Positions 1-9,050 of a stretch of 64,000 nt of DNA are shown here, piece after piece. The DNA comes from Acinetobacter phage AM24. The notes beneath the pieces are model-generated. The model was not told the DNA's origin and searched no databases. It saw only the letters and a program-made list of their open reading frames with translations. Location of the stretch: the sequence record KY000079.2. One strand, given 5' to 3'. The position numbers were made by a program, and so were the translations under genes. Each line of letters begins with the position of its first letter. The first letter of the stretch is position 1.

Positions 1-116
1 TAGGGTAACCTCTGGAGTCAAGTAAAGGCTTTTTCGATATTTTTTCACATATGCATAAGTTGACATTTGAAATAAACTCAGGTAAGATTCCCTTAAGATT
101 AAAAAGGAGGAAATTT

Positions 117-650
117 ATGCCACACGAGTCTTTGGTGCGGAAATCTCACAATTTAACCCTAGAGGGGTTACCTCAAACACCCTTAACTAACCCATTGGCC
201 TACTCTCCAAAATACTTAGGTAGTGCTACAGAAGAAATTGACATTATTGTGCTCCTAGATGGTTTAATAACAGACCCTAAAGTGTCCCGCATCAGTGCTG
301 ACATTGTGCTAGATACCATGAATATTACCTACAAGGCATCCATTGACAACTTGTACAAAGAGGTTGTGCTAAAGCACTCACCTAACGGCGCACCAGTAAA
401 GGGACTCAACAGAGTATATTGTCAGATTATCAGTAAAACGGATGAAAGTCAAGGTCATCTTGAAAGTAAACCTGTAAAGTATTACTTTGAGGTATGGCGC
501 ACCAATACCGAAGGGGAAATTGTAGAGCAACATTGTGCCCAACTTCTGCCACTATTAAACCTGTTATACCCTACAATTCGTAGATTTAAGGTTAAATTAG
601 GTGGGATAACGAATCAAGTTGACATGGTTGGTGCTATTCTGTTAGAATAA
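117..650 (+). CDS. hypothetical protein
   Basis: Track ORF 51..650. A strong RBS (AGGAGG at 105-110) sits 6 nt before the in-frame ATG at 117, so the start was moved there. No recognisable motif. Confidence 0.45.
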   Translation: MPHESLVRKSHNLTLEGLPQTPLTNPLAYSPKYLGSATEEIDIIVLLDGLITDPKVSRISADIVLDTMNITYKASIDNLYKEVVLKHSPNGAPVKGLNRVYCQIISKTDESQGHLESKPVKYYFEVWRTNTEGEIVEQHCAQLLPLLNLLYPTIRRFKVKLGGITNQVDMVGAILLE

Positions 651-748
651 ATGCAATTAGATTACAGTAAGTGCTTAACAAATTCTTAATAAGTCCCTTG
701 AGGGTAATACTTCAGGGGATATTTTAGAAGTGGTGGATATTTTAAAAA

Positions 749-1066
749 TTGTCAGAAAAATCCGAAAAAGTGGGAAAAGTTTTGGAAATTGTTATGGACT
801 ATTATGATGATTGGTATGCTGTACCAGAGGTGCATGCGATAGAGGATAAGCTAAAGGTTGGTTGTATGAGTATGCAGGTGTGTGTTGCGGATAGTGCACA
901 GTATGTTTCATACCTGATGTTATGTAAGATTGAGGATATTAACCTTAAGCATGCCCTAATGATGAAGCTTGCAAGAATAGCCCGGAAAAGAAGAATAAGA
1001 GGTAAGTTCATCGTGACAGCAAAGGACTCTTGTGGTAACGCAACAATCTATATCATAGACTCATAG
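749..1066 (+). CDS. hypothetical protein
   Basis: Track ORF. It begins at TTG 749 and has an in-frame ATG at 794. No clear RBS, so the start is uncertain. Confidence 0.3.
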   Translation: MSEKSEKVGKVLEIVMDYYDDWYAVPEVHAIEDKLKVGCMSMQVCVADSAQYVSYLMLCKIEDINLKHALMMKLARIARKRRIRGKFIVTAKDSCGNATIYIIDS

Positions 1067-1566
1067 GAAATTTTTGAAAAATTTTTTGGGAAATTTTGAA
1101 ATTTGAGATTTTGATATTCTAGCCGAAACCAGAAAAGTGACCCTAAAAATATTCTCCACCCCCTAAAAATCACACTTCAAAAGTAGATCCTCTGGAAGCC
1201 TTTAAAATCAACCCCTCGGTTCATAGGGAAGTGTCGTTACGCTGACCGCTCACTATCGTAATAAAATAAACCCACAAGAATTAACTAAAAAGCTATTTAC
1301 ACGGAGTACTTTTTATGGTATCCGTGCGCGTCTCTTTATAAATACCCCCTTGGGTTAATGCCCTTGGGGGTAAACACGACATAGGACCATAAAGGGAACC
1401 ACTCCTTTATGTGCTCATTATCCCTTGGGGGTTATTTCCCATCCATACCCAAAGTGACTACCAATAAAGCACACATCAATGCAGTATTTTTAAAACTAAA
1501 TAATCTTAAAGAACATACACTTAAGTAAAATCCTAAAAATAATTTAAAAATATATGCTGAAAGGTG

Positions 1567-1595
1567 TTGACCTAAATTATCTTTTTCCTCATAAT
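1567..1595 (+). promoter_or_regulatory. sigma70-like promoter (TTGACC, 17-nt spacer, CATAAT)
   Basis: TTGACC at 1567-1572, a 17-nt spacer, then CATAAT at 1590-1595. It lies about 170 nt upstream of the first gene of the rightward operon that starts at 1761. Confidence 0.35.
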
Positions 1596-1760
1596 GCACT
1601 CATACCAAGTGAGATAGCCAAGTAAAGCTAAACCTCTAAGGTGTAGGCGGTGTAAATGATGCCTTGAATCATTGAGCGGTTGTAACGTCCTCTACTGGTC
1701 AAGAGGGAATAACAAAACACTAAATCGAATTGTGAGGCAAGCTTTGCAAGTTACCATTTA

Positions 1761-2210
1761 GTGAGTTTTATAACTTGGGCAACTTTTGAAGGTTGTCAAA
1801 CTTATGAAATTAAACGTTGCGGAGTAAAAGAAATGGGTGATAAAACAATGAGCATGGGCATAGACTTAATTCATGTGTTGGGTAGTGATGAATATGTCAA
1901 GCTATGTCAGACACAAGGCGTTAACCGTGCATATGATGTTAAAGATGCAATTGTTATGAAGTGGCACAAAAAACACTGTGCAATGACAGTTGAAAGAGCA
2001 CAAAACATAGTGGCTCTTGTAAACAAGTTTAATAAAGACAACCTAAACAAACAAATCAATTGTAGTTATGTTGTTGAGTGTGGTGACGTTCGAATGACTG
2101 TAAACAATGTTCAATATGGCATAGGTGATTTTGCAGAGATATGCTACCATATTAGACGTTTAGGGGTTAAAGTTCCGTTAATCTTTAATGAGTTGGGCAA
2201 AGGTGAATAA
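1761..2210 (+). CDS. hypothetical protein
   Basis: Track ORF starting at GTG 1761. An alternative ATG at 1833 is preceded by GGAG. No motif recognised. Confidence 0.4.
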   Translation: MSFITWATFEGCQTYEIKRCGVKEMGDKTMSMGIDLIHVLGSDEYVKLCQTQGVNRAYDVKDAIVMKWHKKHCAMTVERAQNIVALVNKFNKDNLNKQINCSYVVECGDVRMTVNNVQYGIGDFAEICYHIRRLGVKVPLIFNELGKGE

Positions 2211-2459
2211 ATGAAAAGATCTGCATTACACCTAGGGGTAAACAAGCACGGCATAGTTAAATGGGTAAAGGTTACGGCATTCCGTGACACAAGTTATTCT
2301 CTAGCATGGAAACAGTGCCAAATTCAGGGTATGGACGTTATGCAGTCTTTCGAGTGCTACATTCCAACAAGACAAACAAAACCCTTTAAGAAACTCCTTG
2401 ATAGTGTATACAATCAAGAGTTGGTTTTAGCAGTTATCAATGAGGTTAGAGGTAAATAA
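2211..2459 (+). CDS. hypothetical protein
   Basis: Track ORF. RBS AAAGGTGA precedes the ATG, which overlaps the stop of the upstream gene (TAAATG). Confidence 0.4.
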   Translation: MKRSALHLGVNKHGIVKWVKVTAFRDTSYSLAWKQCQIQGMDVMQSFECYIPTRQTKPFKKLLDSVYNQELVLAVINEVRGK

Positions 2460-2460
2460 G

Positions 2461-2775
2461 ATGAGAAATAAAATAAATGTGGTTTTTGATGCCTTCTTTA
2501 GTTTTCAAAAGAAGCGTGGCCTTGAAGAATATACCCTAATGATTAGTGTATGGTCGTCTGTGAATGGCAGAGTTAAAGATGTTAACTATCCAATTGTCAT
2601 ACATGGCACTAACCCTAGTCGCATGAGCATTGAAGGCATGAACAAGTTTAAAGATTTTGTGGATAAAAGCGAGTATACAAAAGGTGTGCCTATGGGTGAT
2701 GTTAATTACAAGGTGAAAAAATATCACAGCTATTTAGTAGCTACCCATGCCACTATCCAGAGCGAATACAACTAG
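2461..2775 (+). CDS. hypothetical protein
   Basis: Track ORF 2440..2775. The ATG at 2461 is preceded by GAGGT, so it is preferred over the overlapping upstream start. Confidence 0.4.
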   Translation: MRNKINVVFDAFFSFQKKRGLEEYTLMISVWSSVNGRVKDVNYPIVIHGTNPSRMSIEGMNKFKDFVDKSEYTKGVPMGDVNYKVKKYHSYLVATHATIQSEYN

Positions 2776-2870
2776 TTTACTTACAGCAACACTCTAAAAG
2801 GGTGTTGTAAATAAGTAATCAAAGGATTACTAATTAATAATTTAATGAATTAACCCAAAAGGTAAAAGAT

Positions 2871-3617
2871 ATGAAGCGTTTAATTGATGCCAAAACCGAA
2901 GCTTTAGCATTACAAATGCAACTCGAAGGACCTCTAGTACGTTTATCTAAAGTAGGTAAACTCGGTGTCTATTCTTGGTCCCTTCAAGCCCTCAACACAT
3001 GCCCCGCTAGTATTAAATCAAATGGTGAACTAGTAGATTCTTGTAAGGGGTGTTATGCTGCATTTGGTCAATATAACTACCCAAATGTTAAAGCCCCTAG
3101 AGAGTATAACCGTTGGGCATGGAAGCAAGATAACTTTGTGAATGAGTTTGTAGAGATCTTAAACGCATCTCATAAATACTTTCGTTGGTTAGATAGTGGT
3201 GATTTGTACAGTTTAGCCCTAGCGGAAAAAGTTTATGAAATCATGAAGGCCACACCAGAAACTAAACATTGGTTACCTACACGTATGCACAAGTTTGATA
3301 AGTTTAAGGATGTATTAAACCGTATGGCTGCTTTGCCCAATGTTGTAGTTAGACTCTCAAGCGATAGTGTCATGGGTGATCTTGTAGATAAACCAGAAGG
3401 TTTAAACATTGGCACATCTTCAACAATCATACCAGAGCAGCATCTAGGTGACTTTGAGGAAAAAGGGCAGTTTATCTGCAAGGCTTATTATCAAGAGGGT
3501 AAATGCAAGACTTGTCGGACATGTTACGATAAGAGTGTTGAAACAGTTGCTTATGTGGGGCATGGCAAAGTGCTTAAGTCTATCCAAGCGAAACGTATCG
3601 CATTGACTGAGGTATAA
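2871..3617 (+). CDS. hypothetical Cys-rich protein (possibly phage Gp37/Gp68 family)
   Basis: 248 aa. RBS AAAAGG precedes the ATG. The motif CPAS...SCKGCYA resembles the S-x-GC-x-x-CYA signature I recall for the Gp37/Gp68 (DUF5131) family. This assignment is tentative. Confidence 0.35.
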   Translation: MKRLIDAKTEALALQMQLEGPLVRLSKVGKLGVYSWSLQALNTCPASIKSNGELVDSCKGCYAAFGQYNYPNVKAPREYNRWAWKQDNFVNEFVEILNASHKYFRWLDSGDLYSLALAEKVYEIMKATPETKHWLPTRMHKFDKFKDVLNRMAALPNVVVRLSSDSVMGDLVDKPEGLNIGTSSTIIPEQHLGDFEEKGQFICKAYYQEGKCKTCRTCYDKSVETVAYVGHGKVLKSIQAKRIALTEV

Positions 3618-3797
3618 GGTTATGGTTATTTCCCAAAGGGTGAATGTAAAGCCTTTCCTATCTTATGTTTTCCGCTTATACGATGTGAATGGTGAATTAC
3701 TTTATCGGGTTATCTGCATAGATAATAATTTCCATGTTGATTGGTATGATCAAGATGAAGACTATTTTTTTAACTTGGGTAAATTCTAGGGGTTTTT

Positions 3798-3992
3798 ATG
3801 CTGCTGATAGACACATACACACACCCTAAAGGGATTAACCCTCCTAAACATTCCTTGTATGTTGTGCACAATGAGCGCATAATAAGGGAATATAGAAAGA
3901 TCACAACGGATACCCTTGAGGGTTTGCTTAAGGATTACCAGAACCATAGCTTGCAGATTAGTAAGAATGTTGCCAAGGCGAGGGACTTATAA
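3798..3992 (+). CDS. hypothetical protein
   Basis: 64-aa track ORF with a weak RBS. Confidence 0.3.
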   Translation: MLLIDTYTHPKGINPPKHSLYVVHNERIIREYRKITTDTLEGLLKDYQNHSLQISKNVAKARDL

Positions 3993-3993
3993 G

Positions 3994-4167
3994 ATGATTT
4001 ACACTCTAATATTAGTTATTTTTGGCACCCAAGGACAAGTGGTCGACAAGGTGGAAATGCAACGAGGCTTTGATAAGGCATCTTGTCAGACTATGGTCCT
4101 AGAAATCAACTCTCAACTAAACAAACACTCAAATGTTAAATATAAGTGCGAACTAGACAAGGATTAG
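3994..4167 (+). CDS. small protein with hydrophobic N-terminus
   Basis: Internal start of track ORF 3916..4167. The ATG at 3994 is preceded by GAGGGAC, and the N-terminus MIYTLILVIFG is hydrophobic. The longer 3916 start overlaps the previous gene in another frame. Confidence 0.3.
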   Translation: MIYTLILVIFGTQGQVVDKVEMQRGFDKASCQTMVLEINSQLNKHSNVKYKCELDKD

Positions 4168-4171
4168 TACA

Positions 4172-4357
4172 ATGAACATCAAACAACACATAGGTGGTTT
4201 TCTCTTCACATTGGGCCTATTCGTAGCCCTAGGGTTATTCTATATCGCCGTTCAAGATGGGAACTCTATTAAAGATACACTTTTATCTGTCCTTTTCGGA
4301 TTGGCCCTTGTATGGGCTATTGTAAAGGCATTCAAACAAAATAAACTTAGAGGATAA
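4172..4357 (+). CDS. small membrane protein
   Basis: 61 aa with two hydrophobic segments. RBS AAGGA. Confidence 0.4.
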   Translation: MNIKQHIGGFLFTLGLFVALGLFYIAVQDGNSIKDTLLSVLFGLALVWAIVKAFKQNKLRG

Positions 4358-4362
4358 CCCAC

Positions 4363-4719
4363 ATGGATTTTATTGAGCAACGACCTACCCCCAAAGCGGT
4401 TAGCACTCATTTTCTAGCTGACATAGGCACTACAAGCAACCCACAAGAATCTGTAACGGTGCATATCAAAGTTTTATACCCTAGTGTCATCACTCAGTTA
4501 GGAAATGAAGGGTTGAGCTTTGAAGCATGCCAAAACGAAGATGATCACGGGTACAAGGTCCTATTTTGTGCTTTTAAAGACTATCTTTCCGAAGCTGCAT
4601 TAATCATTAAGTGTAAAGATGATGTAGATAGTGTAACCTTAATTGAATTGGCACTGGATTACATCGGAGCGGGTAACCTCAAATATGTTGTCAGTGAGCG
4701 TTACATTGAAGCTCTATAA
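4363..4719 (+). CDS. hypothetical protein
   Basis: 118 aa. RBS GAGGATAACC precedes the ATG. Confidence 0.4.
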   Translation: MDFIEQRPTPKAVSTHFLADIGTTSNPQESVTVHIKVLYPSVITQLGNEGLSFEACQNEDDHGYKVLFCAFKDYLSEAALIIKCKDDVDSVTLIELALDYIGAGNLKYVVSERYIEAL

Positions 4720-4733
4720 TTAGTTATCTATCA

Positions 4734-4761
4734 AGGCTGCCCTAATGGGTGGCCTTTTTTA
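4734..4761 (+). terminator. rho-independent terminator
   Basis: Hairpin AGGCUGCCC-uaau-GGGUGGCCU with two G.U pairs, followed by T6. It closes the rightward operon. Confidence 0.6.
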
Positions 4762-5151
4762 TTGCCTAAAATAAATCAAAAAGGTTTTGCTTTAAGGGGT
4801 GTTATGTGTGGGGTGTTAGCACTACCTATAAATACTCCATGTCATGTGTGGTTATTTCCTAATATAATCACTCAGGTTTAACAGTGGCGGTGGGTAGTAG
4901 GGGTGTACATGGGGGTTATCTATCAGGGCTATAGTGGCCTAAATATATTCATAGGCCCCAGATATTTTAAGATTTTAGGGTCGAAATATATGCCCGCCCC
5001 GCGAGGGGTTAAGTGGGTTGCCGAACCTCCCTAAAGGTACAACCCCGAAGGATAACCAAAAACAACCCCCCACTAGATATTTTGAAAGGCTTCCCAATCC
5101 CTCAATTTCGAAAAGCCAACTCTCAAAAAATTTTTTTAGGATTCCACAGGA

Positions 5152-5967
5152 TTAGCCAAAAAAGATAAACCCACAGGCTATCACCAAAACAGATAAAGCC
5201 ACCACCCAACAAATAGCATGAACTAAAGGACCCCTCTCAGAATTACCATCTGGGGAAATTCTTTCATAGAAATCCAAATCAGCATGCTTGCCAATTGCGA
5301 GTTTAGGTCGATCCTCTGAACTACCCTTCAATCCAGCCTCAACAATACCATCAACAGGCTTCCCTTCGAACTTCTCAATTGCTTTAACCAGTTGTTGTTT
5401 GCTACACTTAAAATACATACTCAATTCACCCCTTTTGGCGTAGTTTGACTTATACACATCCAAACCAAAGCTTAATATGTAAGAACGTAGCTTTAATGTT
5501 AGCTCTGCATAGTCAATATCCAGTAGAAGCCTTTTTGCCTCACGATGCATTCTATCATGTCTTTCAAATTGGTCTGGGGTAAACTCCCCTCTCCACGATA
5601 AATCGGGGTAGGTGGCATGAGCTTCCTCTCCAGCCCCATCTTCCACCATAAAATACGAGTAAAAGGTTTTATATTTGTACTTTTTACAAAGCACAGGGAT
5701 GAGGTCAATATAAGATAAGTGAAAGTAACCCTTGCAATCATTTTCAATTAAATAACCAACCACCCTTTTGAACACTTCTTCACGAATTTCTAAGTAAACC
5801 TTTTCGGTAAACTCTGCACGATTCAAACCCTGTTGAGTCTTAATTCTCAACTTTTCAGATAACTCCACAAGATACCTCCTAATTTTCCTAAAACATAAAT
5901 TTTGTGTGCTCAGTAATAACAACCCAATACCAAAAAGAACACATAAAAAGAATGAACGTTGGTACAA
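5152..5967 (-). CDS. hypothetical protein with N- and C-terminal hydrophobic segments
   Basis: 271-aa track ORF and the last gene of the minus-strand block. The start may be at an internal Met. Confidence 0.4.
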   Translation of the reverse strand: MYQRSFFLCVLFGIGLLLLSTQNLCFRKIRRYLVELSEKLRIKTQQGLNRAEFTEKVYLEIREEVFKRVVGYLIENDCKGYFHLSYIDLIPVLCKKYKYKTFYSYFMVEDGAGEEAHATYPDLSWRGEFTPDQFERHDRMHREAKRLLLDIDYAELTLKLRSYILSFGLDVYKSNYAKRGELSMYFKCSKQQLVKAIEKFEGKPVDGIVEAGLKGSSEDRPKLAIGKHADLDFYERISPDGNSERGPLVHAICWVVALSVLVIACGFIFFG

Positions 5968-6109
5968 ATGTTATGAAAAGAAAACTGATAGAATCTAACA
6001 CATACTTGTCTTGAATGAATTTGATGCAAAATATCCAAGCCTTTGTAAATAACACCACAAAGCAAATATAGAACGATACTATACCAAACATTAATAAAAA
6101 ATCTATCAT
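5888..6109 (-). CDS. small membrane protein
   Basis: 73 aa and very hydrophobic. Overlaps the downstream gene. Confidence 0.3.
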   Translation of the reverse strand: MIDFLLMFGIVSFYICFVVLFTKAWIFCIKFIQDKYVLDSISFLFITFVPTFILFMCSFWYWVVITEHTKFMF

Positions 6110-6346
6110 TTAGTTTTCCTCTTTAATTACTGTGCCAAGAACCTTGAGTTCACCATTTCTGTAGTTATTATATTGACCATTTGACCAATGAACCTTCCAC
6201 CATATCATATTCTCATCATCACTTTCATGTGCCACTCTAACCACTTCACCAACGATACCTCTTGGGTTGTCTAGGTAGTTTCCTTCCCAGTATGGACTTA
6301 GGGGATCTAGTGTAACTTTTGCACCAACAAATAATCTACGACTCAT
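6110..6346 (-). CDS. small paralog-family protein (copy 1 of 3)
   Basis: 78 aa. Shares GAKVT...NP.GI.G.V...WW.V.W.NG..N.Y....LKVLG with the next two genes. Confidence 0.5.
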   Translation of the reverse strand: MSRRLFVGAKVTLDPLSPYWEGNYLDNPRGIVGEVVRVAHESDDENMIWWKVHWSNGQYNNYRNGELKVLGTVIKEEN

Positions 6347-6581
6347 CGACCACCACTCCTAAAACCTTTAAGTCACCATGTTGGTAGATGTTAGCTTCAC
6401 CATTACTCCACTTAACTCCCCACCAAATTTCATCATCCTCATCATCCTCTTCAACAATACCAGTTACAACACCTGCAATATCTGATGGGTTTCTATAATA
6501 ATTCCCATAATAATTACTCTTTGAGTCAATGGTAACTTTTGCCCCAATGAACAATTTCCGATCTCCCTCTAGTATTACCAT
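6336..6581 (-). CDS. small paralog-family protein (copy 2 of 3)
   Basis: 81 aa. Same motif as copy 1 with an acidic insert (EEDDEDDE). Overlaps both neighbours. Confidence 0.5.
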   Translation of the reverse strand: MVILEGDRKLFIGAKVTIDSKSNYYGNYYRNPSDIAGVVTGIVEEDDEDDEIWWGVKWSNGEANIYQHGDLKVLGVVVDES

Positions 6582-7144
6582 GTCGGCAAGCCCTCCACAA
6601 ACTGTTTACACCAATGTACTCGACCAAGTTTCCAAGAACCACAGAAAGATATCTCTCCAAATGTTGAGAGCAATTTTACCTCAAGCTTATCTTCCCAGTC
6701 TCCATTTCTCGACATAATATCCCAACCATAAATAAAGAAGTGTTCGCCATCAAAGACCAAAGAACCAATCCCAAACGTATTGTTTATTAAGTCACGGACT
6801 TCCAATAAATCACCAACATAAAGTGGCTCACGCTCAAATAGATTGATTTTTGAGTAAGTTCCAATTCTACCTAAATGGTAAATATCTCCATGTATGTTTG
6901 TATATAGTTCTCCAAAATTATAACCTTGACCAAGAACTTTTAAATCAACCGCATCGTATGAATTTCTTTGACCATTCTCCCACTGAACTTGGTAGGGTAA
7001 ATGGCATACTTTACAACCATCCAGTTGATTTCTTGTGACTACTCCAGCTATACCTTGGGGGTTGTCGAACATACCATCATCATTCCACCATCTTGAATCT
7101 TTACTTAAGGTAACTTTAGTTCCAACCTGAATTATCTTTTCCAC
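6575..7144 (-). CDS. paralog-family protein (copy 3) with extra C-terminal domain
   Basis: 189 aa. The N-terminal 75 aa match copies 1 and 2, and about 110 aa of unknown C-terminal domain follow. Confidence 0.5.
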   Translation of the reverse strand: MEKIIQVGTKVTLSKDSRWWNDDGMFDNPQGIAGVVTRNQLDGCKVCHLPYQVQWENGQRNSYDAVDLKVLGQGYNFGELYTNIHGDIYHLGRIGTYSKINLFEREPLYVGDLLEVRDLINNTFGIGSLVFDGEHFFIYGWDIMSRNGDWEDKLEVKLLSTFGEISFCGSWKLGRVHWCKQFVEGLPTW

Positions 7145-7159
7145 AATTACCTCTCATGT

Positions 7160-7528
7160 TTACTTATCTGTCCGCACTAAGTAACTTGTAAATTTACCTA
7201 TGCGCTTTTTGCCCTTAGAACTACCTTGGTTCTCTCTACATATTTTTAGTTTACCTTTTTTAATAAGATACTTCAAGTCTTGATCAATGTACCACTGCCA
7301 TTTAATATTAATCCACAACCTTACAGGTTCACTGGAGGTCTCATAGCGAATATCCTGATTGAACCACTCCATAATTAACTTACGTCTTGGTGCACCAAAA
7401 GGCATATGCCACCACATACGCATACCTTGTGCACGAGCCTCAGAGAACCAACTCTTATTTTCTCCCAAGGAACTTAGAATTTTCTCTAAATAAAATTCCT
7501 TTTGAATATCCTTTAAAGTTTTTTCCAT
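7160..7528 (-). CDS. hypothetical protein
   Basis: Track ORF 7160..7552. The in-frame ATG at 7528 is preceded by GGAGG, whereas the longer start would put the coding sequence through the terminator hairpin. Confidence 0.4.
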   Translation of the reverse strand: MEKTLKDIQKEFYLEKILSSLGENKSWFSEARAQGMRMWWHMPFGAPRRKLIMEWFNQDIRYETSSEPVRLWINIKWQWYIDQDLKYLIKKGKLKICRENQGSSKGKKRIGKFTSYLVRTDK

Positions 7529-7541
7529 AACAAACCTCCAC

Positions 7542-7563
7542 AAAAAAGCCACCTTACGGTGGC
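7542..7563 (-). terminator. hairpin terminator (bidirectional-looking)
   Basis: GCCACC-uuac-GGUGGC hairpin flanked by an A6 run on the plus strand, which is a U-run on the minus strand. Confidence 0.5.
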
Positions 7564-7579
7564 CTCTATTTTAACTTAC

Positions 7580-7837
7580 TTAGTTTTCTTCTTCAAGACT
7601 TTCAATTTCCTCACCAGAAATATGTCGCACTAGTTCCCAGTATTGCTTGTAGAAGTCTTTTCGTCCTAACTTACACATTTCCAAAATTTGTTCTTCGGCT
7701 TGTGGTTCGGTTAGACCTTCGTTTTCCATCAGCAAGTATTTCAATACTGAAATCTCCATCAGTAACCTATCCTTTGCAGCTTTGTTACGAATGTCTTCCA
7801 GAACGGTTAAAACTTTTTCTTCAAACACTTGACTCAT
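7580..7837 (-). CDS. hypothetical acidic protein
   Basis: 85 aa. Its stop overlaps the start of the upstream gene. Confidence 0.4.
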   Translation of the reverse strand: MSQVFEEKVLTVLEDIRNKAAKDRLLMEISVLKYLLMENEGLTEPQAEEQILEMCKLGRKDFYKQYWELVRHISGEEIESLEEEN

Positions 7838-9033
7838 TTTGACTCCTTAATTTTCAGTTTAACATCTTTCATTTGTTCAAATCCCCAGTAGGTACTCACC
7901 TGATCAAAAGGCATACCCCCACCGCCATTTACAATTTGATCACCAATTTCAAAACCTTTGCCTTTGAAATTTAATAAGTATTTGTAGCGACTTAAGCCAT
8001 AGTAACTACTTCCATATCGATGAGCAGTGTCAATATTATGTTTTCGCAATACTTCACTATAGTCAAATCCTTTTGCACTGAACTGATATAGAGCACCAGC
8101 TTTAAAACTTTTCACAGCATCATGGTTAAACACAGTTCCACCATCTTTTGGTTCTATATACACCGACTTACTCTTGTACTGTGCAATTCTCCCATCTGTA
8201 CTGACAAAAGTCAACAATTTCGGCATATCTAATGTTCCAGTTGTTTGTGAGGTATTTACGGTATCACCGATGATTACTCTTTCGTCAGCACCCCAACCCT
8301 TACCTTCAACATAAACCTCTTTTTCATCATATACATACCCTCCACCTGAGAACGTGTATATACCTTTAGAGAAAACTTGGTAGGTGTTATGCTTTCTAGG
8401 GACGCTGAAAATATGAATTTCTCCAACAGTTCCAACAGCTTCTAATTCATGTCTACCAACGTATACCCAATCAACATCATTTTCCTTGTAACCTTTAGGT
8501 AGGCTTACAACCATACCTTCAACAAGTTTGATTGACTTATTTAATTTTTTACTGGCATTTACTTTTCGAGTCTCAGCATCAAGTTTATTCATTTCAGGCT
8601 CTAGTGAACTACCTTCAGAAAAGATACTCCACTTACCATTCATGTTATAAAACATTTTGTACTTACCATTAAGCACACCACCCTTAGAACAACCATCAGC
8701 ACGTAGAACCTCTAAGAGATTTGATGTGTAAATCTCAAAGCTATAACCATTAGGATGCTTAATAACAATGTACTCAGCTTCAGTCTGCCATCGACCAGAA
8801 GTAGTAATAAATTTGAATCCGTGCTGGAAGTCGTTCACGAATTCATGCTGAATTAGCTGTTCAACTGGAACACGATCACTATAACGATCACCTCTAGCCC
8901 AATTTAAAGCTGTACTTTGGCGTTTTTCAAAAGTTGCCTGTGTTGTATTCACTTCTTCATCTGGCTTAGGCACAAAGAAAGAAATGTCACGTGTACCATG
9001 TTTTACAAGCCAAATATCTTTAGGTATATACAT
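7834..9033 (-). CDS. hypothetical protein (399 aa)
   Basis: The largest ORF of the early block. Gly-rich patches such as GGGYVYD and NGGGGMP are present, but no recognisable catalytic motif. Confidence 0.45.
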   Translation of the reverse strand: MYIPKDIWLVKHGTRDISFFVPKPDEEVNTTQATFEKRQSTALNWARGDRYSDRVPVEQLIQHEFVNDFQHGFKFITTSGRWQTEAEYIVIKHPNGYSFEIYTSNLLEVLRADGCSKGGVLNGKYKMFYNMNGKWSIFSEGSSLEPEMNKLDAETRKVNASKKLNKSIKLVEGMVVSLPKGYKENDVDWVYVGRHELEAVGTVGEIHIFSVPRKHNTYQVFSKGIYTFSGGGYVYDEKEVYVEGKGWGADERVIIGDTVNTSQTTGTLDMPKLLTFVSTDGRIAQYKSKSVYIEPKDGGTVFNHDAVKSFKAGALYQFSAKGFDYSEVLRKHNIDTAHRYGSSYYGLSRYKYLLNFKGKGFEIGDQIVNGGGGMPFDQVSTYWGFEQMKDVKLKIKESK

Positions 9034-9050
9034 TATTTACTCCAAGAGTT

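Noticed and set aside
3916-4167. 83-aa track ORF overlapping 3798..3992 in another frame.
   Set aside because: The internal ATG at 3994 with its own RBS gives a non-overlapping 57-aa gene, so the longer reading is probably spurious.
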